From: Candidatus Micrarchaeota archaeon
Lineage (GTDB): Archaea; Micrarchaeota; Micrarchaeia; Norongarragalinales; SBBD01
Reading direction: 5' to 3'
Assembly (NCBI GenBank): GCA_018819225.1
Contig: JAHJQN010000004.1
Location: 66,813 to 130,812 of the forward strand
Length of the DNA: 64,000 nucleotides
The translations under genes were made by a program, and so were the position numbers. Shown here in pieces: positions 46,132 through 53,987 of this stretch. Within the stretch, counting starts at the first letter, position 1. Every line of letters starts with the position of its first letter. The notes under the pieces are model-generated. The model did not search any database and was not told the origin of the DNA. It saw only the letters and a list, made by a program, of their open reading frames with translations.

Positions 46132-46651
46132 TTCTATTACCGTTCCTTTTGGTACTAACTTGCAACTTGCCTTGTTTTTTCAATGCTCGAATAATCTCCT
46201 TGACCAGTAGCTTCGGATCCTTATAACCAGAAGCGTCTCTCACCGAAAAAAATCCGGGTCTGTCAACAAAAAATAAGTATGGAATTTCGGGGTGAGAAAG
46301 AACGAATTCGGGATAGTTTTTGTACATGCCGGGTTTTTTTTTCTTTCGCTTGAATTCTCGACCATTTTCCGGAGTTCTTTTTTTTGGTAAGGGTCCGATA
46401 ATGACATTCGGGTTTCCGATGTCCGGCCAAATTCGATCGCGATGTGAGTATATTGCAGAAGAAATGGGAAGGTAGCGGGCTCGGACGTTATGACCTTGTT
46501 TAGTAAAATGGGCATTCAATTCCCTCGATATTTGGCTACTGCGGTCTCCAGCCAAGCAAACGACTACGACGTCCTTCTGGGGCTGCCCCGCTCCATAGGG
46601 ATCTTGCCTAAAAAATTCAACTGGTTTATGGTATAGCTTTTTTATTGGCAT
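46124..46651 (-). CDS. Small Cys-motif protein, paralog 2 (CxxGxRSS)
   Basis: 175 aa with DVVVVCLAGDRSSQISREL near the N-terminus and a Lys-rich middle. Confidence 0.4.
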   Translation of the reverse strand: MPIKKLYHKPVEFFRQDPYGAGQPQKDVVVVCLAGDRSSQISRELNAHFTKQGHNVRARYLPISSAIYSHRDRIWPDIGNPNVIIGPLPKKRTPENGREFKRKKKKPGMYKNYPEFVLSHPEIPYLFFVDRPGFFSVRDASGYKDPKLLVKEIIRALKKQGKLQVSTKRNGNRNG

Positions 46652-46723
46652 TCAATCACTTGTTATTAATTGTATGAACTAATCTGCTTGTCTGGCCGTC
46701 TGTATTAAATCAGAAATTATTTT

Positions 46724-47217
46724 CTACATCTTCATTAAAGCTAAACGCTTACCAGGGACTCCTCCGCCCGGATCCATCGTATCTATCAATGATCCCACAA
46801 TTTCGTAATTTGTAATATCTTTCGGGCGCGCTAGCGAAAAGTGAATTCCCATATCGCGGTCTTCAAAATGTTCTCTATTCCATCCTTCAGTTACCCAATG
46901 AATGCCCATGCGGGCGTGCAGCGGTTTGCTTCCTTCACGAGAAACGAATAGAGTCAAACGCATATTATCGCCCAGGTTCCCTTCAATACGCATTTTTCGA
47001 CCGCCAAAGCTCACTGCGCGTACCCGATTTGATTTTTTAAATAAACTGCGAATAAAGCCTCTCTAGCAAAAACGGGTTCTTGGGCATGTTGTATTACGCG
47101 GATGAGTTCGCGCTGTACATGGTTTTGGTCTCCTGATCGAATTTTATCATGATGAGTGCTAACGTATCGGCGTATGTATTCTTCATTTTCTGATTCGCGA
47201 GGCCTTGGCATAACCAT
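46724..47217 (-). pseudogene. Frameshifted copy of the HPH-motif family gene (split into ORFs 47011-47217 and 46724-47014)
   Basis: The upstream ORF (YVSTHHDKIRSGDQNHVQRELIRV...) aligns with the N-terminus of 45592-46131 (VLSTHHEKIREGDLHNVRRTLLRV...). The downstream ORF (IEGNLGDNMRLTLFVS...GGGVP) aligns with its C-terminus (VEGDLGDKVRLTLSLE...GGGVP). The frames switch near KNQIGYAQ* / NRVRAVSFGG. The HPH motif is replaced by SKPLHAR. Confidence 0.5.
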
Positions 47218-47223
47218 CCAGCT

Positions 47224-47685
47224 TTACTTATGTCCCGGCACTAATTTTAGGTGTTCCGCTATACTCCACCACAATTCATGCATGGGCACTAAATCGCCCC
47301 CTTTTACCATAAACGGAAATATGGGCCGATTCCCGGCTTCCGTTACTAACAACTTCCAGTTTTTTGCGTATTCTACGGCCCCTTTGTCACGTTGGAGCCG
47401 TAAAGATTTCTCTGCGAGAGAAAGAATTTCCGATCGATCCGAAGGAGTCACGAATGCATCGGCTTTTTGTATATACTCTCGTCGACGAGCTTCTGACAAG
47501 CGTTGTAACGGAATGACAAATACCCGAACGGGATGATTCGCCAAATCAAATCGAATTTGCAATAATCGTTTAATATAACCACTGCGCGTCCCATGGTCGC
47601 ATACTACTGCAACGTGTTTTTCGAGGAGTCCTTCCACGAATCGTGCGCGTTCCCTTCCTTTCTTCGATAAATGAAGGCTCATCAT
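47224..47685 (-). CDS. Small Cys-motif protein, paralog 1 (CxxGxRS)
   Basis: 153 aa with HVAVVCDHGTRSGYIKRLL. Its start overlaps the stop of 47682-48311 by 4 nt. Confidence 0.4.
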   Translation of the reverse strand: MMSLHLSKKGRERARFVEGLLEKHVAVVCDHGTRSGYIKRLLQIRFDLANHPVRVFVIPLQRLSEARRREYIQKADAFVTPSDRSEILSLAEKSLRLQRDKGAVEYAKNWKLLVTEAGNRPIFPFMVKGGDLVPMHELWWSIAEHLKLVPGHK

Positions 47686-48311
47686 TCCAATGTCCCGCGA
47701 TTTTTTTGTTCGGAGGGTATTACAACCCAGAAAGTCCCGCGTCGTGTATACGGGTCCCTGTGCACGTGAAGGCGGGCTTTTTCCGCCTTAATGGCCTGCT
47801 TCAAATCCCTTTGAATTGGTTTCTGGGATTCCAAAAAATTCTCAGGAACCAGGAACCGGGTGTTCATTAATCGGGCAACGCGTATAGCGGTTTGGAATCC
47901 GGTCACGCGCCATCGCTGGTACTCTTTCGGAAGACCCCGAGGAAGCGGGAAAGCGTAGTGTTTCGAGTGGCCCTGCACTCCAACGAGTCGGAGCATTGAC
48001 GGGTTTTCGCTTGATTCCCGCATCCGTTTGAATACGAGGTGGAGACTTCCGATGGAACCCAGGTGCCGCGAGGCCGGACCGTGCGGGTGAACATGAGCCC
48101 CGGATTTTTCGTGGGCATGAAAATGTTCGGCTCGAGGGAAGATGAGGATGGGTGCGAAGCGTCCCTGCTCCAATCCTTTCACGTTCTCGTATGAAACGGT
48201 GACTAGATTGCCTTTTCGGGCTACGCGCCATTCACCGTCGGAGTGCTCGAAATTGCCTCGTTTATAAGCCCACGCGTGCCGGGCCAAGTCATTTGGAGAG
48301 AAAGCGGTCAT
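47682..48311 (-). CDS. His-rich HxHxH/HPH-motif protein, possible HIT-superfamily (GalT/Ap4A-phosphorylase-like) nucleotidyltransferase/hydrolase
   Basis: 209 aa with AEHFHAHEKSGAHVHPHGPASRH. These are two H-x-H-x-H runs, and the second contains HPHG, which resembles the GalT active-site HPHGQ. Confidence 0.35.
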   Translation of the reverse strand: MTAFSPNDLARHAWAYKRGNFEHSDGEWRVARKGNLVTVSYENVKGLEQGRFAPILIFPRAEHFHAHEKSGAHVHPHGPASRHLGSIGSLHLVFKRMRESSENPSMLRLVGVQGHSKHYAFPLPRGLPKEYQRWRVTGFQTAIRVARLMNTRFLVPENFLESQKPIQRDLKQAIKAEKARLHVHRDPYTRRGTFWVVIPSEQKNRGTLE

Positions 48312-48535
48312 GACCGAATTCGCCTACTTACCCTTTGTTTTTACTTTGCAGAACGGCGAGATTTCTCATTCCTTTACACACATGCAGGGTATTTCCCGAA
48401 ATCGGATTGCTCGTTAATTCCACTTCAGTGATTGCGTCAAGAATTCTCACTTGGACGTCGCCTCCATGCCGTTTAGGACCTCTAACGTAAACAACAATTG
48501 CCGCCACATTATTCACTTGTTCTTATGAATATGAA

Positions 48536-49027
48536 CTAAATGGATAGGATTTTTTCCCATGATCTCTTATTCTGAAGTGGGATATAAAATGAGACCTCAG
48601 GAGTGTCTGGTGTTTTAATCTTTCGAAACCCTAGTGAAGTCAGCTTTGCGATGATTGCTGGCCTATAGACAGGGACGAACGCCTGTTTGACCCCCCTTTT
48701 CCTTAGCCAATCCAAACTATTACGAAACAATTGCCTTCCAACTCCCAAATACCGATGGGCTTCTGCAACATAACCAAAATAGACTATTGGTTTAGGCGGA
48801 TCGCCGATTCGTGAGAAAGCGACGCCCACCAATTTTCCATCGACTCGTGCGGTATGAACTGCATGATCCGTTCCATCAAAGAAATCGGACGCATTACTGA
48901 ATCCGGAGACTTCATAGGGACCTATCCAACGCTCGCCTCGATCTGCTGCTTTCAATAAGTCCTCAACCTCCAATCTGTTTCGGAGACTCAAGTTATGGAG
49001 TTTTTCGTATTCAACCATTTTTACCAT
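48536..49027 (-). CDS. GNAT-family N-acetyltransferase (paralog 1)
   Basis: 163 aa. KLVGVAFSRIGDPPKPIVYFGYVAEAHRYLGVGRQLF...WLRKRGVKQAFVPVYRPAIIAKLTSLGFR. The N-terminus is YEKLHNLSLRNRLEVEDLL. Confidence 0.65.
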   Translation of the reverse strand: MVKMVEYEKLHNLSLRNRLEVEDLLKAADRGERWIGPYEVSGFSNASDFFDGTDHAVHTARVDGKLVGVAFSRIGDPPKPIVYFGYVAEAHRYLGVGRQLFRNSLDWLRKRGVKQAFVPVYRPAIIAKLTSLGFRKIKTPDTPEVSFYIPLQNKRSWEKILSI

Positions 49028-49307
49028 TTATACCATCTCGCTATAACGTCTGTTTTCAAACCATCAACTCATCCATCATCTTAATATAGCCAATCCCTTT
49101 TTTTATCATTTTTGATTTCTTTGCCTTTGGAGGAAGCGTTTAGGCAAGCCCCCATGGCCCCAATTTCCCCCAGCACATTAAAATGATGAAACCACCATAT
49201 CAAAACCTCCAAACCCTCGTTTTTCCGGTTCCATCATCCCAAGAAAACGACTTGCGTACATCACCTCGTTATATTGCTACGTTGTTAATATTAGGCAAAG
49301 AGGTCGC

Positions 49308-49454
49308 TTATTTTTTCTTCGAGATGGGGGTTAAACTATTCATTTCTTTTTCAATTTTTTCAAGCGTGTTATTTATTCTCTTTAATTGAACTTCAACAGC
49401 CGAAATCAACCACCCGAATAAAAGAACGGAGAGCAGGGCTAACAAGTCATTCAT
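49308..49454 (-). CDS. Small membrane/coiled-coil protein (48 aa), below the ORF-track length cutoff
   Basis: Manual translation: MNDLLALLSVLLFGWLISAVEVQLKRINNTLEKIEKEMNSLTPISKKK. It is preceded by the conserved inverted-repeat motif at 49468-49485 and an AAGGTGGTG Shine-Dalgarno-like sequence. Confidence 0.3.
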   Translation of the reverse strand: MNDLLALLSVLLFGWLISAVEVQLKRINNTLEKIEKEMNSLTPISKKK

Positions 49455-49467
49455 TATTCACCACCTT

Positions 49468-49485
49468 GTTCTTACCCATACGAAC
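49468..49485 (-). promoter_or_regulatory. Conserved inverted-repeat motif, copy 3 (GTTCGTATGGGTAAGAAC in gene sense)
   Basis: GTTC-N10-GAAC palindrome about 13 nt upstream of the small ORF start. The other copies are at 50065-50082 and 50480-50497. Confidence 0.5.
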
Positions 49486-49488
49486 CAC

Positions 49489-50076
49489 TTATTTTATGTT
49501 ATGGGATCGTTTAAACATTTCCGCGCATTTCTCCAACAACTTCCTTTGTCTAGGGTTAAGGGCGATGTGAGAGTTTAAGGGAAGGGCGGCGATACGGCGC
49601 GCGAGATGTTCCATGAACGGGTACTCGTTGGGAGACAAAGCGGTTTTATTGCGCGTTTGGCCAGTAGGATCGTTGGAAAAGTATTCGATTCGAGCTCCGC
49701 GGCCGCCAGGCGATCGCGTCCACTTGTGTTCAACCCGGAAATAATGGCGGCCCACACCAAATTGGTTTCTACGGCTTCGGTCGGGCAAAGTCACGGGCTG
49801 AGTTGATGCGGGTGAATTCCAGGAACGAAAATCCTGAATGACGATGTCCACGCCTTTAGTATGGAGGACGACAAGACCCGTGATCCCCATGCCAGGATAA
49901 TTGGAACCGTCCGCTTGCTTGAATTGGAAATCCGCTTGAAAACCCGTTTTTCCTACAAGACCTTCGAACCGGTGAGCTTTAAACACGAGTTTTTCGGGAA
50001 GCGCAAGTTCACGCATCTCTTGAAGGTGAGGCAAACGAGATCGTTCCAAACCCTTATTTTCTTTGTTCATACCCAT
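49489..50076 (-). CDS. Hypothetical protein
   Basis: 195-aa ORF. The annotated start lies inside inverted-repeat copy 2, so the true start may be the downstream Met (MRELALPEK...). Confidence 0.35.
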   Translation of the reverse strand: MGMNKENKGLERSRLPHLQEMRELALPEKLVFKAHRFEGLVGKTGFQADFQFKQADGSNYPGMGITGLVVLHTKGVDIVIQDFRSWNSPASTQPVTLPDRSRRNQFGVGRHYFRVEHKWTRSPGGRGARIEYFSNDPTGQTRNKTALSPNEYPFMEHLARRIAALPLNSHIALNPRQRKLLEKCAEMFKRSHNIK

Positions 50077-50082
50077 ACGAAC
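50065..50082 (-). promoter_or_regulatory. Conserved inverted-repeat motif, copy 2 (GTTCGTATGGGTATGAAC)
   Basis: Identical to copy 1. It overlaps the annotated start of 49489-50076. Confidence 0.5.
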
Positions 50083-50466
50083 TCACGTTTTTTCCTTGAT
50101 ATGATAGAAACGATTCGGAACCGAATAATCCCTGCGAAGCCATTTCCTTAAAATCCGCTTCCCCCATTCAGGGTTACTTTTTTTCGTTATTTCTATCTTC
50201 GTCCTTTGCACACCGCTGCGATCCACGAGCAACAACAAATCCAGCTTGATTGGGTCCTCACCGCGGACCAACTGCAACTTACCAGTATCGAGCTCGACGA
50301 ATTTCTTTAACCTCCGCACAGCTTCCCCTTCTCCGTGCGCCGCGTTCATCACCGTGAAGTCTAAGGGGTGAAACGGAACCACGATGTGGCCATCTTCATG
50401 CAATTTGAAGGGAATGCGTTTCTGATCCAACAACTTTCCGATCTTTTCTAAAGGGCGTTCTTGCAT
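50083..50466 (-). CDS. Hypothetical protein
   Basis: 127-aa ORF. It is preceded by inverted-repeat copy 1 and a GAGGTGG Shine-Dalgarno-like sequence 7 nt before the ATG. Confidence 0.35.
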   Translation of the reverse strand: MQERPLEKIGKLLDQKRIPFKLHEDGHIVVPFHPLDFTVMNAAHGEGEAVRRLKKFVELDTGKLQLVRGEDPIKLDLLLLVDRSGVQRTKIEITKKSNPEWGKRILRKWLRRDYSVPNRFYHIKEKT

Positions 50467-50479
50467 AAAAAACCACCTC

Positions 50480-50497
50480 GTTCATACCCATACGAAC
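50480..50497 (-). promoter_or_regulatory. Conserved inverted-repeat motif, copy 1 (GTTCGTATGGGTATGAAC)
   Basis: GTTC-N10-GAAC palindrome 15-30 nt upstream of the start of 50083-50466. Confidence 0.5.
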
Positions 50498-50503
50498 CAT
50501 TTT

Positions 50504-50872
50504 TCATTTTCGTTCTTGAATGATAATAAAATTCTTTTTTCCTACTGCAGCATGCATAACGTTTACTTCTCGTCCGTGAGCCCCTAAATTCATTACTAAC
50601 CGAAGCAGGTAGCGGTGCACATTGGGAAATTCTTGCCCATATTTTCCCAATTCGACATTCGTGCGAACAGATCGCGTAAAGACCTTGACTGCTTCAGGAG
50701 TTACGGGACGTAGCCCAAGAATTTCTGCATCAGCATGAACAGCTAAAGAAATGAGTCTTTCAGTATTATTAGGGGTAAAAGGAATGCTTAAGCCCTTGCC
50801 GACCCAATGATGTTGCACACCAACACGACTAAATACTCGTGAGAGAAGCAATGAAGCGGATTCACGAACCAT
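50504..50872 (-). CDS. Hypothetical protein
   Basis: 122-aa ORF with no motif recognised. Confidence 0.3.
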   Translation of the reverse strand: MVRESASLLLSRVFSRVGVQHHWVGKGLSIPFTPNNTERLISLAVHADAEILGLRPVTPEAVKVFTRSVRTNVELGKYGQEFPNVHRYLLRLVMNLGAHGREVNVMHAAVGKKNFIIIQERK

Positions 50873-50901
50873 ATTTTATCGTCCAAAATACTCGTAAACA
50901 T

Positions 50902-51228
50902 TCATCCATGTTGATAAATGTGTAATTCCCGCCCTAATTTAATGGATTTCTTATCCCTACCGCGGTAGGTCACAGTAGCTAACGTGTGCTCAATGGCATT
51001 CCGCGGAACACCTGCTTCCTGGCAGAGGCGATGTAAAATGGGCCCGTGCAATAAAATTCCTTGTTTACCGGGATATTCATCTTTCAAGACAGCTAGTAAG
51101 TGGTCTGCATGATCGTTCGTGAGACGAATCACTAAACGCCTCTGAGACCTTTCAAGATTAGAAATGATTTTGCGTCGGTTTAAAGCCTGTTGAAGCTTTT
51201 CTAAATGATTAAAATTATTGGTATTCAT
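50902..51228 (-). CDS. Hypothetical protein
   Basis: 108-aa ORF with no motif recognised. Confidence 0.3.
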   Translation of the reverse strand: MNTNNFNHLEKLQQALNRRKIISNLERSQRRLVIRLTNDHADHLLAVLKDEYPGKQGILLHGPILHRLCQEAGVPRNAIEHTLATVTYRGRDKKSIKLGRELHIYQHG

Positions 51229-51238
51229 ATATCTTTCA

Positions 51239-51577
51239 TTATTTTTTTAAAGAAATTTTGATACCCACCAACTCCTTATTCTTACGTAAATGTTCAAAAT
51301 GGAATCGAGAGGAATCGTGTCCATGGCGTTCCAAGAGAGCTCGAAGCATGACGACACGCCAGTCTCGATGGAGGCCTCCGGAAATCGGTCGTTGTATATG
51401 CTCCATTTGGCGGTCCAAGCCCAAATCTGCCCATTGCCGGTGCAAAATCCGTTCAACGGAGAGGCCATCAAATTGAGTTCCTACCTGAACCAAAACGTGG
51501 TCTTTAGCAAGGACCGGGTACAGTCTTTCCTCACTCAAAATGCGATGGAATTCCGCTGGGGACGGGACTTTAGGCAT
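51239..51577 (-). CDS. Hypothetical protein
   Basis: 112-aa ORF with no motif recognised. Confidence 0.3.
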   Translation of the reverse strand: MPKVPSPAEFHRILSEERLYPVLAKDHVLVQVGTQFDGLSVERILHRQWADLGLDRQMEHIQRPISGGLHRDWRVVMLRALLERHGHDSSRFHFEHLRKNKELVGIKISLKK

Positions 51578-51590
51578 AAAACATCATCTT

Positions 51591-52085
51591 TCATTCAAGG
51601 GAATATAAAGCATTCTGACACCATTTTAGTTGTTTTTGAGCATCATAATAAGCAGTTTCTGCAGGAGAAACAATGCCTACAGCACCGAAACCCAAGCGAA
51701 TTAGATTCGTGTTCTGGATAAAGCGACGAGCAGCAGCTCCGGCATCTATAGCGGAACCACAGACCACTCGTTCATTCGGAGGCAAGGGTTCTGTAATGCA
51801 CGTTACTGCTGCAGTGATGGAATAGGAGTCGAAATCAGGTGGACATTCATTAATCCAAGCAAGAAAATCATTGCGATCCATGTGCTGTTCGGCGTACGAG
51901 TAAATCATTGTGTAGGTTGAGGCATCCACATCCCCAAAATGTTCGGAAGCCAGACGATCGGGAATCAACTGGCTATTCTTGAACTTTTCTGCATGAGGAA
52001 AGAGAACGAATACCGTAAACACGATAAAAAGGAATACCAATCCGGCACCCCACACGACGCGTTTGTCCGATTTCATTCCGTTCAC
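51591..52085 (-). CDS. Membrane-anchored (signal-anchor) secreted hypothetical protein
   Basis: 164 aa. An N-terminal TM helix (VVWGAGLVFLFIVFTVFVLF) is followed by a Cys-containing soluble domain. Confidence 0.35.
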   Translation of the reverse strand: MNGMKSDKRVVWGAGLVFLFIVFTVFVLFPHAEKFKNSQLIPDRLASEHFGDVDASTYTMIYSYAEQHMDRNDFLAWINECPPDFDSYSITAAVTCITEPLPPNERVVCGSAIDAGAAARRFIQNTNLIRLGFGAVGIVSPAETAYYDAQKQLKWCQNALYSLE

Positions 52086-52382
52086 GCCTCATATTACGTG
52101 AAGAATGAATGAAATACGAGAATTAATATCCGTTCCCTTCCCTGTTTTTTAGGAACAGCGCATGGACTTGAAGCGGAACCAATCGCGGCGTATCCCGAAT
52201 TAATTGAGCGGGCAGCGTATGATCCTTCCGGCGAGCAGAAATAAGGGCGGAACGTATTTTCATTTTTTGTTTTTTTCCGATTTTTTTCAAGGATAATCGC
52301 CGGGATCTTCACCAATCGCTCGAATGGAACAAGAGAAATTAACCGGAAGTTTTAGTTTATTAACTTTTTCCTTGACTTTCAC

Positions 52383-52697
52383 TTATTCAGCACCCGGATT
52401 AATGTATATACTTTTTGGGAGAGTGCGTAGCCGGGCGATTTCTTCAAGAATTTTTTCGGTAAGGGAAGGCGGCAAGTATATTGAAATCCAATCAAGAGAC
52501 TCTTGAATAGCGTCCAATGATTTGTAGAATGGAATTCCCTCAATTGAAGTGTTTTTTAAATTAACTGGGAATACTCGATGACCACGTTTTAAAAACGCTC
52601 GAACGGCTATGTTACCGAACTTTCTGCGGTCAGGTGAGGTCCCCACTATAGCAATATTCATCAACATCACGGGAGAAACGAATTTGGCAATTTTCAT
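52383..52697 (-). CDS. CoA-binding domain protein (COG1832-like)
   Basis: 104 aa. IAIVGTSPDRRKFGNIAVRAFLKRGHRVFPVNLK...GIPFYKSLD matches the small CoA-binding/Rossmann pattern. Confidence 0.55.
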   Translation of the reverse strand: MKIAKFVSPVMLMNIAIVGTSPDRRKFGNIAVRAFLKRGHRVFPVNLKNTSIEGIPFYKSLDAIQESLDWISIYLPPSLTEKILEEIARLRTLPKSIYINPGAE

Positions 52698-52717
52698 TGA
52701 ATACTACCGAAATCGAC

Positions 52718-53092
52718 TTACGGGGATTCGCGGGGATTGTCGGATACGTACTCGATGCGTTCTAAAATGTGCTTCACTTCCGCATCCAGGGAAACAAATG
52801 AAACGTGTTTGACCTGTTCGGCAACCAAGTAGTTAAAATCAAGGAGTCGAACGATGTTGGAGACGATTTGGATATTGGATAGACGACTAAGCGGAATGGC
52901 CGCATACATCCAAAGAAGTTGCTTCACAAATCCCTTGTTTAACAAAATATACAATTTATCCTGCGTAAGGACCAGCATGCCCAGTTGAGACTTTTTGGAA
53001 TCATCCAGAACAAACGTGCCGCTGCTGGAAAGAATCACTTCCGAATCCTTCGGTAACAAGTCCCGCCATTTCATGATACGCACCTTACGCAA
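52718..53092 (-). CDS. Hypothetical protein (possible PH/GRAM-like fold)
   Basis: 124-aa ORF with no confident motif. Confidence 0.3.
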   Translation of the reverse strand: MRKVRIMKWRDLLPKDSEVILSSSGTFVLDDSKKSQLGMLVLTQDKLYILLNKGFVKQLLWMYAAIPLSRLSNIQIVSNIVRLLDFNYLVAEQVKHVSFVSLDAEVKHILERIEYVSDNPRESP

Positions 53093-53185
53093 GCATTCGT
53101 CGAATCGTGATAACCATCAACGCCATAGCAAATGTCGCGAGAATTCCTAAAATCAATCGCGCGAAAAAATGAAATTGCTCCTCCA

Positions 53186-53371
53186 TCATTTCCGATCCAA
53201 CCATTTTTGCTGCAAACGAACGATTTCGCCTTCAGCCGCTTCCAATCGTCTCTCCATCGCACTCACTTTTTCCATCATCATGCTCGCTTCATCCTGCACT
53301 ATTTCAGCGATGCATTCCTTGCATAACGCGGTGTCCAGCATTTTATTGCATTTTCCGCAGTGGATTTCCAT
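53186..53371 (-). CDS. Small zinc-ribbon/coiled-coil protein
   Basis: 61 aa. CGKCNKMLDTALCKEC is followed by a coiled coil. Confidence 0.35.
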   Translation of the reverse strand: MEIHCGKCNKMLDTALCKECIAEIVQDEASMMMEKVSAMERRLEAAEGEIVRLQQKWLDRK

Positions 53372-53424
53372 GAGAAGCCACCTCCACGATGTTGTTTAGA
53401 AGAGAACCAAATTATAAAAGCACT

Positions 53425-53667
53425 TCACCCGCTTTCATGTTTTTGTTGAAGAGTCAAAATGACTTGCTTCAACGGTAATTGGCGCGTGGCATCCGTTGAA
53501 ACGGCAATGATGGCCGGGGGGAGATTGTGACTTTTTTTGTAAAATTCAATGAACGCGCGTACGTCATTCTCTGAAAATCCGTCGAGTAGAATAATTTTTT
53601 CTGCCATCGTCTTCACCTTTTTTTGCGGTGCTTGTGGTGTTTGGAATGATGGGACAACGCATTCCAC
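53425..53667 (-). CDS. Hypothetical small protein
   Basis: 80-aa ORF. It likely starts at the internal MAEKIILLDGF, which would make it about 60 aa. Confidence 0.3.
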   Translation of the reverse strand: MECVVPSFQTPQAPQKKVKTMAEKIILLDGFSENDVRAFIEFYKKSHNLPPAIIAVSTDATRQLPLKQVILTLQQKHESG

Positions 53668-53966
53668 TGATGCAAGACCATAATATGATTACCCAGATCG
53701 TTTAAGTGATGCGTTCGCACCGTTTTGTGAGCGGAACGTGCAGGCGTTTTTCCTTGAGGCTTCAATCGAACGTGCCCGTCGGACCAAGCGGCCATTAGAG
53801 CGGATAAGGCTTTTCCTAACGGAATGCTTTCCTCGGCACATTTGGCTTTGAATTTCCGAAAAGCTCCTTCCTCCAAATTCCGAAACGTCGCGTCCATCCG
53901 GATCACCTCGAGCATACAAATACTATAACGAAAGCAAGTATTACTAATATGCGAACGCAAACTCAT
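53613..53966 (-). CDS. Ribbon-helix-helix (CopG/NikR-like) DNA-binding protein with His-rich C-terminal tail
   Basis: The likely start is MLEVIRMDATFRNLEEGAFRKFKAKCAEESIPLGKALSALMAAW, which gives a beta-strand followed by two helices. The C-terminus is HHSKHHKHRKKR. Confidence 0.45.
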   Translation of the reverse strand: MSLRSHISNTCFRYSICMLEVIRMDATFRNLEEGAFRKFKAKCAEESIPLGKALSALMAAWSDGHVRLKPQGKTPARSAHKTVRTHHLNDLGNHIMVLHQWNALSHHSKHHKHRKKR

Positions 53967-53987
53967 TATATAAAGGTTGCGGTATGA

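Noticed and set aside
46724-47217. Treating 46724-47014 and 47011-47217 as two independent small genes
   Set aside because: They align to the C-terminal and N-terminal halves of the intact paralog 45592-46131. They represent one frameshifted gene.
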